Source: an uncultured Bacilli bacterium (lineage in GTDB: Bacteria > Bacillota_I > Bacilli_A > RF39 > UBA660). Taken from it: a DNA stretch of 46,664 bases. Where the stretch lies: the NCBI GenBank assembly GCA_947628985.1, contig CANRCA010000001.1, forward strand, positions 1 through 46,664, given 5' to 3'. Below are positions 17,665-26,691 of this stretch, in pieces. Both the position numbers and the translations under genes were made by a program. Every line of letters starts with the position of its first letter. Position 1 is the stretch's first letter. The notes under the pieces were generated by a model. That model worked only from the letters and a program-made list of their open reading frames with translations, had not been told where the DNA came from and did not search any database.

Positions 17665-17696
17665 AAAAAACAAATTTAATTTATTTGTTTTTTTTA
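17665..17696. terminator. Bidirectional terminator between convergent genes
   Basis: aaaaaaaacaaat-ttaat-ttatttgtttttttt, A/T-flanked on both sides. Confidence 0.7.
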
Positions 17697-18110
17697 GTCC
17701 CATTCTTTAAATGAATGAATTATTTCACCAGTTGTTGCATTAATATAGTATTCATATTCATATTGATTATATTTAAAATCTACTTCATAAACATATAGAT
17801 TATATTTATAATCAAATTCTATATCAATATCATATGTCTTAGATTTACTTGCATCAATATTTTTAAGAGCTATATCTAATGCTTCATCTTTAGTAATATA
17901 ATTATCATCAGTATTAGTGTTATTATCATTATTTATATTATTAGTATTATCATAATAGTTATTATCATCATATAAATGATTATCAAATCTTTTAGATAAT
18001 AATATAGCAATTAATATAACTAATAATATAATTATACAAATTAATGCAGGTATTACAATTTTATAAATAATTTGATTATCTTCTTTTTCTTTTTTATTTT
18101 CTTTTTTCAT
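17694..18110 (-). CDS. PepSY-domain membrane-anchored protein
   Basis: Start at the ATG behind GGAGGT (18110). TM helix, an N/D/Y-rich linker, then a C-terminal PepSY-like segment: ITKDEALDIALKN...YEVDF......YYINATTGEII. Confidence 0.7.
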   Translation of the reverse strand: MKKENKKEKEDNQIIYKIVIPALICIIILLVILIAILLSKRFDNHLYDDNNYYDNTNNINNDNNTNTDDNYITKDEALDIALKNIDASKSKTYDIDIEFDYKYNLYVYEVDFKYNQYEYEYYINATTGEIIHSFKEWD

Positions 18111-18188
18111 TTCTACCTCCAAGATGATTATAACACTCACATAAAAATTAATCTATATAATTATAAATTTTTATGATATATTAATATT

Positions 18189-18566
18189 ATGGAAAAAAAA
18201 TATATTATATTTAAGTTTATATTTAATTATTTAGTTCTTATATTAATTTTTAAAAATATTCATTATTTAATATCAATTAATTTTAATGATTTAAATAATT
18301 TTATTTTAGTATATATACCAATATGTTATTTAGTTATAAAGTATACTTTTATAAATATATTAAATAAATATAATTTAAATAAGAATGAATATATAAAAAT
18401 AGTTATTATTAGTTATACTATTATTAATTTAATATTTAGAATGCCTATATTTTATACATTATTTATTATATTATTTATAATTATATTAAAAGATAAATCT
18501 TATATAAATAATGAAACTCAAAAAAGAATAGATGATTATTTTAAAAATAAATCTAATAAAAATTAA
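18189..18566 (+). CDS. Hypothetical small multi-pass membrane protein
   Basis: Hydrophobic ORF, but extremely AT-rich and with no clear RBS. Confidence 0.35.
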   Translation: MEKKYIIFKFIFNYLVLILIFKNIHYLISINFNDLNNFILVYIPICYLVIKYTFINILNKYNLNKNEYIKIVIISYTIINLIFRMPIFYTLFIILFIIILKDKSYINNETQKRIDDYFKNKSNKN

Positions 18567-18612
18567 TTTGATAATAAATTTAGTTATGCTATAATAATTA
18601 CAGGAGATAAGT

Positions 18613-19065
18613 ATGAAAAAAATTATGATTATTTTATTACTTTTATTTATAGTTTGTGGATGTAAGAAAAAAGAAGTTAATTTAGATAAGGAATATACTA
18701 TTGAAACAAGTGAACTTTCAAATTGTACTCAAGAAATATATGATTATTTAGAAATAGATGGTCAAAAAGTATTTCTTTCATGTTTAGATGAAGTATATTT
18801 AAAAGATAATGAAAATAAAATTACACTTAGTGATTATTTAAATCAAGATGGATATTCTATTGATATATTTGCAAGTGAACTATCATATAAATTAGTAGAA
18901 GAAGAATCTATTAGTGATGAAGTTAGAATATTTAGAGATAATGGTCCAATTAATTATTCTAATAATGGACTTACTTTAATTATGTGTAATACAATTAATG
19001 GTAATAGAGATGTATATATTGGAAATGATAGTTTAGAATATAGTGAAGAATTATGTGTTGAATAA
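18613..19065 (+). CDS. Putative lipoprotein
   Basis: Lipobox LFIVCGC, with RBS aggaga. Confidence 0.65.
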   Translation: MKKIMIILLLLFIVCGCKKKEVNLDKEYTIETSELSNCTQEIYDYLEIDGQKVFLSCLDEVYLKDNENKITLSDYLNQDGYSIDIFASELSYKLVEEESISDEVRIFRDNGPINYSNNGLTLIMCNTINGNRDVYIGNDSLEYSEELCVE

Positions 19066-19110
19066 TATATTTATATATTATAAAATAAAATAAGAAAGAA
19101 GAGGTAAGGT

Positions 19111-19578
19111 ATGAAAATATTTAAAAAAGTTATTGCTTTTGCATTTTTAGGGGTTATGTTATTTAGTATTATTGGTTGTGGTAAAAAGAATGTTGAAGGT
19201 AGTTTAGAAGATATAATGACTACATTACAAGCTAATATTGATAGTGAAATGCTTTCTAGATTAGAAAATCATGAAATTACAAGTGAAAATATATCTCACT
19301 ATGTAGGAACTGATGATATTAAATTTACAGAAGGAATCGCATCAGAACATTTAACTGGTTCAGTTGCATATTCAGTAGTTTTATTAAGAGTAGATGATAA
19401 TGATGTTGAAAATGTAAAAACAAAAATTAAAGAAAATATTGATCCTAGAAAATGGATATGTGTAGGTGTTGAACCAGAAAATGTTATTATTAAAAATAAA
19501 GGTAATTTAGTAATAGCAATAGTAGTTGAAAATGAAGAGTTTAGAAATTCTATTTCTACTGCATTTGATAATTTATAA
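19111..19578 (+). CDS. Putative lipoprotein (DUF4358-like)
   Basis: Lipobox SIIGCG, with RBS gaggt. Confidence 0.6.
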   Translation: MKIFKKVIAFAFLGVMLFSIIGCGKKNVEGSLEDIMTTLQANIDSEMLSRLENHEITSENISHYVGTDDIKFTEGIASEHLTGSVAYSVVLLRVDDNDVENVKTKIKENIDPRKWICVGVEPENVIIKNKGNLVIAIVVENEEFRNSISTAFDNL

Positions 19579-19648
19579 GAGTTAAAACTCTTTAATTGAA
19601 AAAATTATATTAATAAAATATAATAATATTATGAAAGGAAAAATGAAA

Positions 19649-20521
19649 ATGGAAAAATCAAAAGTTTATTTTACAAAAGAATTAACTCCTGAAGCAGTAG
19701 TTAAAATGTATAAAGCTTTAGGAATAGAATTAAAAGGAAAAGTAGCAGTTAAAGTTCATTCTGGAGAAGAAGGAAATCAAAATTATTTAAAACCAGAATT
19801 TATGAAAGACATGGTAGAATATGTAAATGGTACTATTGTTGAATGTAATACAGCTTATGAAGGTGAAAGAAATACTACAGAAAAACATTTAAAATTAATG
19901 GAAAATCATGGATGGAGTAAATATTTTGATGTAGATATAATGGATAGTAAAGAAGATTTAGAATTAGAAATTCCAAATGGAAAAGTAATTAAGAAAAACT
20001 ATGTAGGAAAAAATATTGAAAATTATGATTCAATGTTAGTGTTATCTCATTTTAAAGGACATCCAATGGGTGGATATGGAGGAGCATTAAAACAATTATC
20101 AATAGGTGTTGCATCAGGAAGAGGAAAAAGATATATCCATTGTTGTGGACATGATGGAAGTTATGAAGATATGTTTCATCAAAACCAAGAAGAATTTTTA
20201 GAATCAATGGCAGATGCTGCTTCTTCAGTAGTAAAATATTTTGATGGTAATATTGCTTATATAAATATAATGTGTAATATGTCAGTTGATTGTGATTGTT
20301 GTAATGTAGCAGAAGATCCATGTATGAAAGATATTGGTATTTTAGCTTCACTAGATCCAGTTGCAATAGATCAAGCATGTATTGATTTAGTAAAAAATTC
20401 AGATGATCCAGGAAGAGATCATTTACTTGAAAGAATTAATTCAAGAAAAGGTACTCATACAATAGATGCAGCATATGATTTAGGATTTGGAAATAAAGAA
20501 TACGAATTAATTGAAATGTAA
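19649..20521 (+). CDS. DUF362-domain protein with Cys-rich cluster
   Basis: The N-terminus KVYFTKE...VAVKVHSGEEGN and the CDCC..C cluster are consistent with DUF362. The start is uncertain among ATG 19631, 19643 and 19649. Confidence 0.65.
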   Translation: MEKSKVYFTKELTPEAVVKMYKALGIELKGKVAVKVHSGEEGNQNYLKPEFMKDMVEYVNGTIVECNTAYEGERNTTEKHLKLMENHGWSKYFDVDIMDSKEDLELEIPNGKVIKKNYVGKNIENYDSMLVLSHFKGHPMGGYGGALKQLSIGVASGRGKRYIHCCGHDGSYEDMFHQNQEEFLESMADAASSVVKYFDGNIAYINIMCNMSVDCDCCNVAEDPCMKDIGILASLDPVAIDQACIDLVKNSDDPGRDHLLERINSRKGTHTIDAAYDLGFGNKEYELIEM

Positions 20522-20526
20522 TTAGA

Positions 20527-20680
20527 TTGACAAAAAGGCAAAAAAGTGGTATAATTAACATCGTTGAAAGGGAGTAGTTCTCCAGTTTAATTCGTCATTA
20601 CGATTTTATATCCGGATTAAACGATAACTTAGTTATTGAACAAGACTTTCACAGTAATTGTGAGGTCTTGTTTTCTTTTT
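20527..20680 (+). promoter_or_regulatory. Promoter plus yybP-ykoY-like (Mn2+) riboswitch with overlapping intrinsic terminator
   Basis: TTGACA 20527-20532, 17-nt spacer, TGgTATAAT. P1 is GAAAG (20566-70) with CTTTC (20646-50). Conserved GGAGTAG (20571-77) and CAAGAC (20641-46). The terminator stem 20641-53/20659-70 plus ttttcttttt reuses the 3' strand of P1. Confidence 0.55.
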
Positions 20681-20706
20681 ACCTCACAATATTTAAGGAG
20701 GTTTTT

Positions 20707-21159
20707 ATGGAAAAGAAAAAATTCTATTTTGCTTCAAAAATAATTGATGAGCTTGAACTTATTGAGCCTTGGGTACAATATGATACAGAGGGACAAATTG
20801 ATCATACTATTTATATTTCTAAAAATAAAATACTTGTTTATGGTGTAACAGATGATTATGGAAATACAGCTTTTTATCTTTATCCTAGTGGTGAAATGGT
20901 TACTGAATCAAATGAAGAGTTTTCTTATAGCACTGAAGCCTTTTGTGGTTGGACTATATATTATCCTGATACTATAAAAGAATCTAAAGTAGGATACTTT
21001 ATTCCTATTGAAGAATACTTTGGATTAAGTAATGAAGTAACATCACCAGTTTTAGCAAATATACTTTTAAGATTAGCTAATTTAGGTAAAAGAGGGAATA
21101 TACAATTATCAACAAATAGAGAAGAAGCAAAAGAACAAATATTAAAATTAAAAAGATAA
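20707..21159 (+). CDS. Hypothetical soluble acidic protein downstream of the Mn-type leader
   Basis: Start at ATG 20707, behind aaggagg. No TM segment and no recognisable domain. Locally less AT-rich than its neighbours. Confidence 0.65.
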   Translation: MEKKKFYFASKIIDELELIEPWVQYDTEGQIDHTIYISKNKILVYGVTDDYGNTAFYLYPSGEMVTESNEEFSYSTEAFCGWTIYYPDTIKESKVGYFIPIEEYFGLSNEVTSPVLANILLRLANLGKRGNIQLSTNREEAKEQILKLKR

Positions 21160-21261
21160 ATTTTAAAAATCAAAATTAAATAAAAATATAAGTTTTAATC
21201 ATGACTTATATTTTTGTTTACACTTTTTATGTAAAGTAAAATAAAAAAATTAAAAAACCCC

Positions 21262-21289
21262 TTGAATATATATATATACGTGATAAACT
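21262..21289 (+). promoter_or_regulatory. Promoter of surface-protein paralog C with an AT-dinucleotide tract in the spacer
   Basis: TTGAAT (21262-67), 16-nt spacer atatatatatacgtga, then TGaTAAACT (extended -10). Confidence 0.5.
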
Positions 21290-21319
21290 AATCTTATAAA
21301 AATAGAAGGGAAGTTAAAA

Positions 21320-22324
21320 ATGAAAAAAATATTATTTTCAATAATAACATTAATGATGGTGTTAGTACCATTAGTAAATGCAGATGAACCAAGGGATGAA
21401 AATTCTTATGCAATAGTAGAAAATGGTGATGTGAATAAACCTTTAGGAACTAACTTTCATTGTAATATTACTAATGAAAGTGGTTCAAAAGAAAAAATTA
21501 AAGTGGAATGTAACCAATCAATGACAATTCAACTTGTTGATAAGAATGAAGATGGAACAAGAATTCCAGGGTATTGGTATGGTGTTGTTTTTAAACTACC
21601 AACTGATTCTTATATTAAATTAGATGAATCAACCCTTACAGTAGGAGATACTACATATAAAAATTTGAATGATATTATAGATGGAGAAGATGATGGAAAA
21701 AAATGGATTGGTATTTGGAATAAAATAGACGAATATAAAAAAGAAAAAAAAGAAGGTCAAGACACAAGAACATATACTTTTAATTGGATTGATAAAAATA
21801 ATGGTAGTTCATATCAGCAAATTATAACTATTAGTATAAATTATGAAAATGCAGATAAATTTACTCTTTCGCCATCAGAAGAATTCTATAAAGTTGAAGT
21901 AGAAGTAGATGCTGATGATTTAGTTGATAATGAGATAATATATATTAAAAAAGAAGAAGGTAATAAGACTATTGCTGATATAACTGATGACTTAAAAAAA
22001 TTAATGAAAGATGGTTATAAAATAGATTATTTAGAAGTTGATGGAGAAAAATTAGCAAGTGAATCATCATATAGTACAAAAGAATTGTCAACAGGAGAAT
22101 CAACAAAAATAAAGATGGTATTGAAAAAAATATCAACTTCATCAGGTTCAACTTCAACAACTACACCAGATCCAGAACCAACACCAGAGCCAGAAGATAA
22201 TAAACCAACAGATACAAATAAAGATGCAACTCCAAAAACAGGAAATGCTGATTTAATGGGAATTGCTTCAATGATGACATTATTATCATTAGTAGGAATT
22301 GTAAAATTAAAAAAATCAATGTAA
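21320..22324 (+). CDS. Cell-wall surface protein paralog C (signal peptide, TPKTG sorting signal)
   Basis: MKKILFSIITLMMVLVPLVNA signal peptide. A Ser/Thr/Pro linker, then TPKTGNADLMGIASMMTLLSLVGIVKLKKSM. Confidence 0.85.
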   Translation: MKKILFSIITLMMVLVPLVNADEPRDENSYAIVENGDVNKPLGTNFHCNITNESGSKEKIKVECNQSMTIQLVDKNEDGTRIPGYWYGVVFKLPTDSYIKLDESTLTVGDTTYKNLNDIIDGEDDGKKWIGIWNKIDEYKKEKKEGQDTRTYTFNWIDKNNGSSYQQIITISINYENADKFTLSPSEEFYKVEVEVDADDLVDNEIIYIKKEEGNKTIADITDDLKKLMKDGYKIDYLEVDGEKLASESSYSTKELSTGESTKIKMVLKKISTSSGSTSTTTPDPEPTPEPEDNKPTDTNKDATPKTGNADLMGIASMMTLLSLVGIVKLKKSM

Positions 22325-22397
22325 TTTAAAATGAAATTAACACATTCAAAAAAATGAGTGTGTTTTTATTTACTTTACAAAAAATTGTAAAAAACTC

Positions 22398-22427
22398 TTG
22401 CAATATATATATATATAGTTTTATAAT
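22398..22427 (+). promoter_or_regulatory. Promoter of surface-protein paralog D with (TA)7 in the spacer
   Basis: TTGCAA (22398-403), an 18-nt spacer beginning with (TA)7 (22404-17), then TATAAT (22422-27). Confidence 0.5.
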
Positions 22428-22459
22428 GAAAGTATAAAAAATAGAAAGGAAGTTAAAAA

Positions 22460-23536
22460 ATGAAAAGAATATTATTTTCTATAATAACATTAATGATGGT
22501 ATTTGTACCATTAGTAAATGCAGAACAAAAAGCAGAGGCACCAACTGATACAAAATATTATGCAACAGTAACAGATGGAGATGTAGGTGAAAGATTAGGA
22601 GCTAAATTTGAATGTGAATATTCACCAACTGCAGCAGCTAGTATTACTGCAGAATGTAGTTCTATAACAGTTCAACTTGTTGATAAGAATGATGCTGGAA
22701 CAAGAACTCCAGGATATTGGTATGGTGTTGTTCTTACAATGCCAGAATACTCAAAATCAGAATATTCAGGACAAAAAGAGCTCGGAAATGGATATATTGA
22801 TTTAGAAAAATCAACATTAAAAATAAATGGAAAAGATGCAGGTTATGTTAAAGATATTTTAGATGGAATAGATAGTGATAGTCCAAGATGGGCTGGAATA
22901 TGGCAAAAAGTAGATGAAATTAAAATGGCACAAAAAGAAAAAGGAGAAGATGTAGAGCCAGATAGTATAGTATATACTTTTACTTGGGTTGATGGTAATG
23001 ATGATAATAAGACATATACTCAAACTTTAACTGTTAGCTTAGATTATAAAGGAACTATTACTTTAAAACAAGAAAATCCAGAAGCAAAAAATTTACATAA
23101 AATTACAGTAGAAGTAGTAAAAGGTAATACAACTTCTAAAGAAGTACTATACTATAATTCAACTGAAAGAACAAATTTTGGGGATTTAAAAGCAAACGAA
23201 TTGGCAAAATTTGATACAGAAACTAGTGACTATAAATTTTTAAGATTTACTAAACCAGAATCACGAGATGAAGAAATATCTGAAAGTGAACCACTTGAAG
23301 GTTGGGGTGAAGATGATGGTATAGAAATAGTAGCGATATATGAAAAAAAATCAACTTCATCAGGTTCAACTTCAACTACAACACCAGATCCAGAACCAAG
23401 TGATACAGAAGATAATAAACCATCAGAAGATAAAGATAGTACACCAAAGACAGGAAATGCTGATTTAATGGGAATTGCTTCAATGATGACATTATTATCA
23501 TTAGTAGGAATTGTAAAATTAAAAAAATCAATGTAA
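22460..23536 (+). CDS. Cell-wall surface protein paralog D (signal peptide, TPKTG sorting signal)
   Basis: Signal peptide and C-terminal anchor are near-identical to paralog C, while the central region has diverged. Shares the GYWYGVV motif. Confidence 0.85.
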   Translation: MKRILFSIITLMMVFVPLVNAEQKAEAPTDTKYYATVTDGDVGERLGAKFECEYSPTAAASITAECSSITVQLVDKNDAGTRTPGYWYGVVLTMPEYSKSEYSGQKELGNGYIDLEKSTLKINGKDAGYVKDILDGIDSDSPRWAGIWQKVDEIKMAQKEKGEDVEPDSIVYTFTWVDGNDDNKTYTQTLTVSLDYKGTITLKQENPEAKNLHKITVEVVKGNTTSKEVLYYNSTERTNFGDLKANELAKFDTETSDYKFLRFTKPESRDEEISESEPLEGWGEDDGIEIVAIYEKKSTSSGSTSTTTPDPEPSDTEDNKPSEDKDSTPKTGNADLMGIASMMTLLSLVGIVKLKKSM

Positions 23537-23631
23537 TTTAAAATGAAATTAACACACTTTATTGAGTGTGTTTTTTCTTGATTATATTACTTAAATAATG
23601 TAAACTTAATATAGATTATTAAGGAGATAGC

Positions 23632-25011
23632 ATGATATTTTCAAGTATAACATTTATATATTATTTTTTACCAATTTTATTAATTATATATTTTATAATG
23701 CCAAGTAAATATAAAAATTTAGTATTATTATTTTTTAGTTTGTTATTTTATTTTTTAGGTGAACCTAAATATATAATTATATTAATATTATCATGTATAA
23801 TAAATTATTATTTAAGTAAATTAATAGAAAAAAGTAAACATAAAAAAATATATTTAATTATTGCATTAATATATAATATAGGTCAATTATTAATTTTTAA
23901 ATATACAGATTTCTTTATATCAAATATTAATTCAATATTTAAATTAAATATAAGTTATTTATATTTAGTAATGCCAATTGGAATTAGTTTTTTTACATTT
24001 CAAGCTATTAGTTATATGGTTGATGTTTATAATAAAAAACATAAAAGTGCAAATAATTTAATTACTTTTATGACTTATTTATGTTTATTTCCACAATTAA
24101 TCGCTGGTCCTATTGTAAGATATTCTACAGTAGAAAAAGAACTTAAACAAAGAACTCATAGTTATGATAAAATAGGTGAAGGTATTAAAAGATTTATAAT
24201 AGGTTTATCTAAAAAAGTATTACTTGCTAATGTATTAGGAGAATTCTCTAAATCAATAATTAGTGAAACTGTTTTATCATCATGGTTAAAACCAATTAGT
24301 TTTACATTACAAATATATTTTGATTTTAGTGGTTACTCTGATATGGCAATTGGTCTTGGATTAATATTTGGATTTAAATTTTTAGAAAACTTTAATTATC
24401 CGTTAATAGCAAATTCTATAACAGATTTTTGGAGAAGATGGCATATATCTTTATCTAGTTGGTTTAGAGATTATGTATATATACCATTAGGTGGAAATAG
24501 AGTAAGTAAAATAAAATGGATTAGAAATATATTTATAGTTTGGTTCTTAACAGGATTTTGGCATGGAGATAGTTGGAACTTTATTATATGGGGACTTTAT
24601 TTTGGAATACTTTTAGTAATTGAAAAATTATTCTTAGGAAAATATTTAGAAAAAACAAAAGTATTAAAATACATATATACAAGTATTATAGTTATTATAA
24701 GTTTTATGATATTTAATTCAACTAGTGTAAGTGAAATATTTATAAATTTAAAAAATATGTTTATGTTAAATAATCTTAAATTTATAAATAGAGAAACAAT
24801 ATATTATTTAAGAAATTATTTATTTATATTTATTATTTCTATTATAAGTGCGACACCATTACTTAAAAATATTGTTAACAAATTATCAAAAACTAAATTA
24901 TCAAAAGCATTAAATGTACTTGAAGTAATAGTATTAATTAGTTTATTAACATTATCAACTGCATTTTTAATAGATGAATCATTTAATCCATTCTTATATT
25001 TTAGATTTTAG
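23632..25011 (+). CDS. MBOAT-family membrane O-acyltransferase (AlgI/DltB/PatA-like)
   Basis: FWRRWHISLSSWFRDYVYIPLGGNR and GFWHG motifs, in a polytopic protein. Confidence 0.9.
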   Translation: MIFSSITFIYYFLPILLIIYFIMPSKYKNLVLLFFSLLFYFLGEPKYIIILILSCIINYYLSKLIEKSKHKKIYLIIALIYNIGQLLIFKYTDFFISNINSIFKLNISYLYLVMPIGISFFTFQAISYMVDVYNKKHKSANNLITFMTYLCLFPQLIAGPIVRYSTVEKELKQRTHSYDKIGEGIKRFIIGLSKKVLLANVLGEFSKSIISETVLSSWLKPISFTLQIYFDFSGYSDMAIGLGLIFGFKFLENFNYPLIANSITDFWRRWHISLSSWFRDYVYIPLGGNRVSKIKWIRNIFIVWFLTGFWHGDSWNFIIWGLYFGILLVIEKLFLGKYLEKTKVLKYIYTSIIVIISFMIFNSTSVSEIFINLKNMFMLNNLKFINRETIYYLRNYLFIFIISIISATPLLKNIVNKLSKTKLSKALNVLEVIVLISLLTLSTAFLIDESFNPFLYFRF

Positions 25012-25019
25012 GAGTCAAT

Positions 25020-26084
25020 ATGAAAAATAAAATAATTACAATAATATTTATTCTTTATATATTTATATTTTCAATATTAGGAATAATAATGAAAGATAAA
25101 TTAATAAGTGAGAGTGAAAGAAGAAAATTAAAAACTTTTCCTGAATTTTCATTTACATCAGAATATGTTAATTCATTAGATAAATATTTTTTAGATCATT
25201 TTCCATTTAGAGATAATTTTAGAAGTATTAAAGCAAACTTTAATTATAAAATATTAAATAAACTTGATAATAATGGAATTTATTTAAAAGATAATTATAT
25301 ATTTAAAACAAATTATCCAGATAATCAAAAATATATTAATAATTTTATAGATAAAACTAATATTATTAAAAATAAATTAAATGAAAATAATAATGTTTAT
25401 ATAATGATTATTCCAGATAAAAATTATTACTTAAAAGATAAATATTTTTTACAACTTGATTATGATAATTTATATAAACAAGTAGGTACATTAAATATAA
25501 AAAATATAGATATTAAAGATATAATGAATTTAAATGATTATTATGAAACAGATACTCATTGGAAACAAGAAAACTTATTAAAAGTTGTTAAAAGAATGAG
25601 TGAAGTTATGAATTTTAATTATGAAAATATAGATTATAAAATAAATGAATACGATAATTTTTATGGAGTTTATTATGGAGAATCTGCTATTAACAGAGAT
25701 AGTGAAAAAATACATTATTTAACAAATGAAGAATTAAATAATGTAAGTGTTTATTATTTAGAAAATAATGATTTAAATAAAATATATAATATAGAAAAAC
25801 TTAATAGTTTAGATGCTTATGAAGTATATTTAGATGGAGCGAGTAGTTATATAGAAATTAGTAATGATAATGCAAATAGTGATAAAGAACTTGTAATATT
25901 TAGAGATTCATTTGCAAGTTCAATTACACCTTTACTTATACATTATTATAAAAAAATAACTATTATAGATAATAGATATATTAATAGTGATAATTTCTTA
26001 AAATATATTGAATTTAATAATCAAGATGTATTATTTATGTATAGTACACTTATTGTTAACAATAGTGTTACTTTGAAAGGATAG
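25020..26084 (+). CDS. DHHW-family extracytoplasmic protein (partner of the MBOAT)
   Basis: N-terminal anchor and a YYETDTHWKQ (DHHW-type) motif. Lies immediately downstream of the MBOAT gene. Confidence 0.7.
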   Translation: MKNKIITIIFILYIFIFSILGIIMKDKLISESERRKLKTFPEFSFTSEYVNSLDKYFLDHFPFRDNFRSIKANFNYKILNKLDNNGIYLKDNYIFKTNYPDNQKYINNFIDKTNIIKNKLNENNNVYIMIIPDKNYYLKDKYFLQLDYDNLYKQVGTLNIKNIDIKDIMNLNDYYETDTHWKQENLLKVVKRMSEVMNFNYENIDYKINEYDNFYGVYYGESAINRDSEKIHYLTNEELNNVSVYYLENNDLNKIYNIEKLNSLDAYEVYLDGASSYIEISNDNANSDKELVIFRDSFASSITPLLIHYYKKITIIDNRYINSDNFLKYIEFNNQDVLFMYSTLIVNNSVTLKG

Positions 26085-26086
26085 TT

Positions 26087-26680
26087 ATGGATAAAGATAA
26101 ATTATTAAATGTTTTAAAAAATGGTGGTATTGCAATTATTCCTACTGATACTACTTATGGTATAGTTTGTGATGCTTTAAATGAAGAAGCAGTTAAAAAA
26201 GTTTATTATGCTAAAAAAAGAGATTTTAATAAACCATTAATTATATTAGTAAGTGATATAGAAATGTTAAAAAAATATACTAAAGATTTAAATGATTTAG
26301 AAATTAAAATAATAGAAAAATATATGCCTAATAAATTAAGTATGCTACTTAAGAAAAATGATTTAATTAGTGATTTAGTTACAGCATCATCTAATTTAGT
26401 TGGAATTAGAATACCAGACTCAAAAGAATTAAGAGATTTTATTTCTATATTAAACTCCCCAATAGTAGCAAGTAGTGCTAATATATCAGGTAGTGATATA
26501 GTAACAAATTTAGATAATTTAGAAGAAGAATTAAAATCAAAAATTGATTATATTTATAATGGTGGTATAATTGATAGTGTTGCATCAACTATTATAAAAG
26601 TTGAAAATAATAAAATAAAATTTATAAGAGAAGGAATTTTAACAAATCAAATTAAAGAAGATTTTAAAGATTATATTTAA
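26087..26680 (+). CDS. tsaC: L-threonylcarbamoyladenylate synthase (YrdC/TsaC type)
   Basis: IPTDTTYGIVCDA...KKRDFNKPLIILV...IR.P...ASSANISG. Confidence 0.85.
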   Translation: MDKDKLLNVLKNGGIAIIPTDTTYGIVCDALNEEAVKKVYYAKKRDFNKPLIILVSDIEMLKKYTKDLNDLEIKIIEKYMPNKLSMLLKKNDLISDLVTASSNLVGIRIPDSKELRDFISILNSPIVASSANISGSDIVTNLDNLEEELKSKIDYIYNGGIIDSVASTIIKVENNKIKFIREGILTNQIKEDFKDYI

Positions 26681-26691
26681 AAGGAGTACAT

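Noticed and set aside
20560-20680. The leader upstream of 20707, considered as a T-box (it begins ..TCGTTGAAAGGGAGTAG) or a THF riboswitch.
   Set aside because: There is no T-box sequence (GGTGGTACC) and no specifier-loop architecture, and the downstream gene is not an aminoacyl-tRNA or amino-acid gene. GGAGTAG paired with a 3' CAAGAC next to P1 fits yybP-ykoY better. This identification is still only moderately confident.
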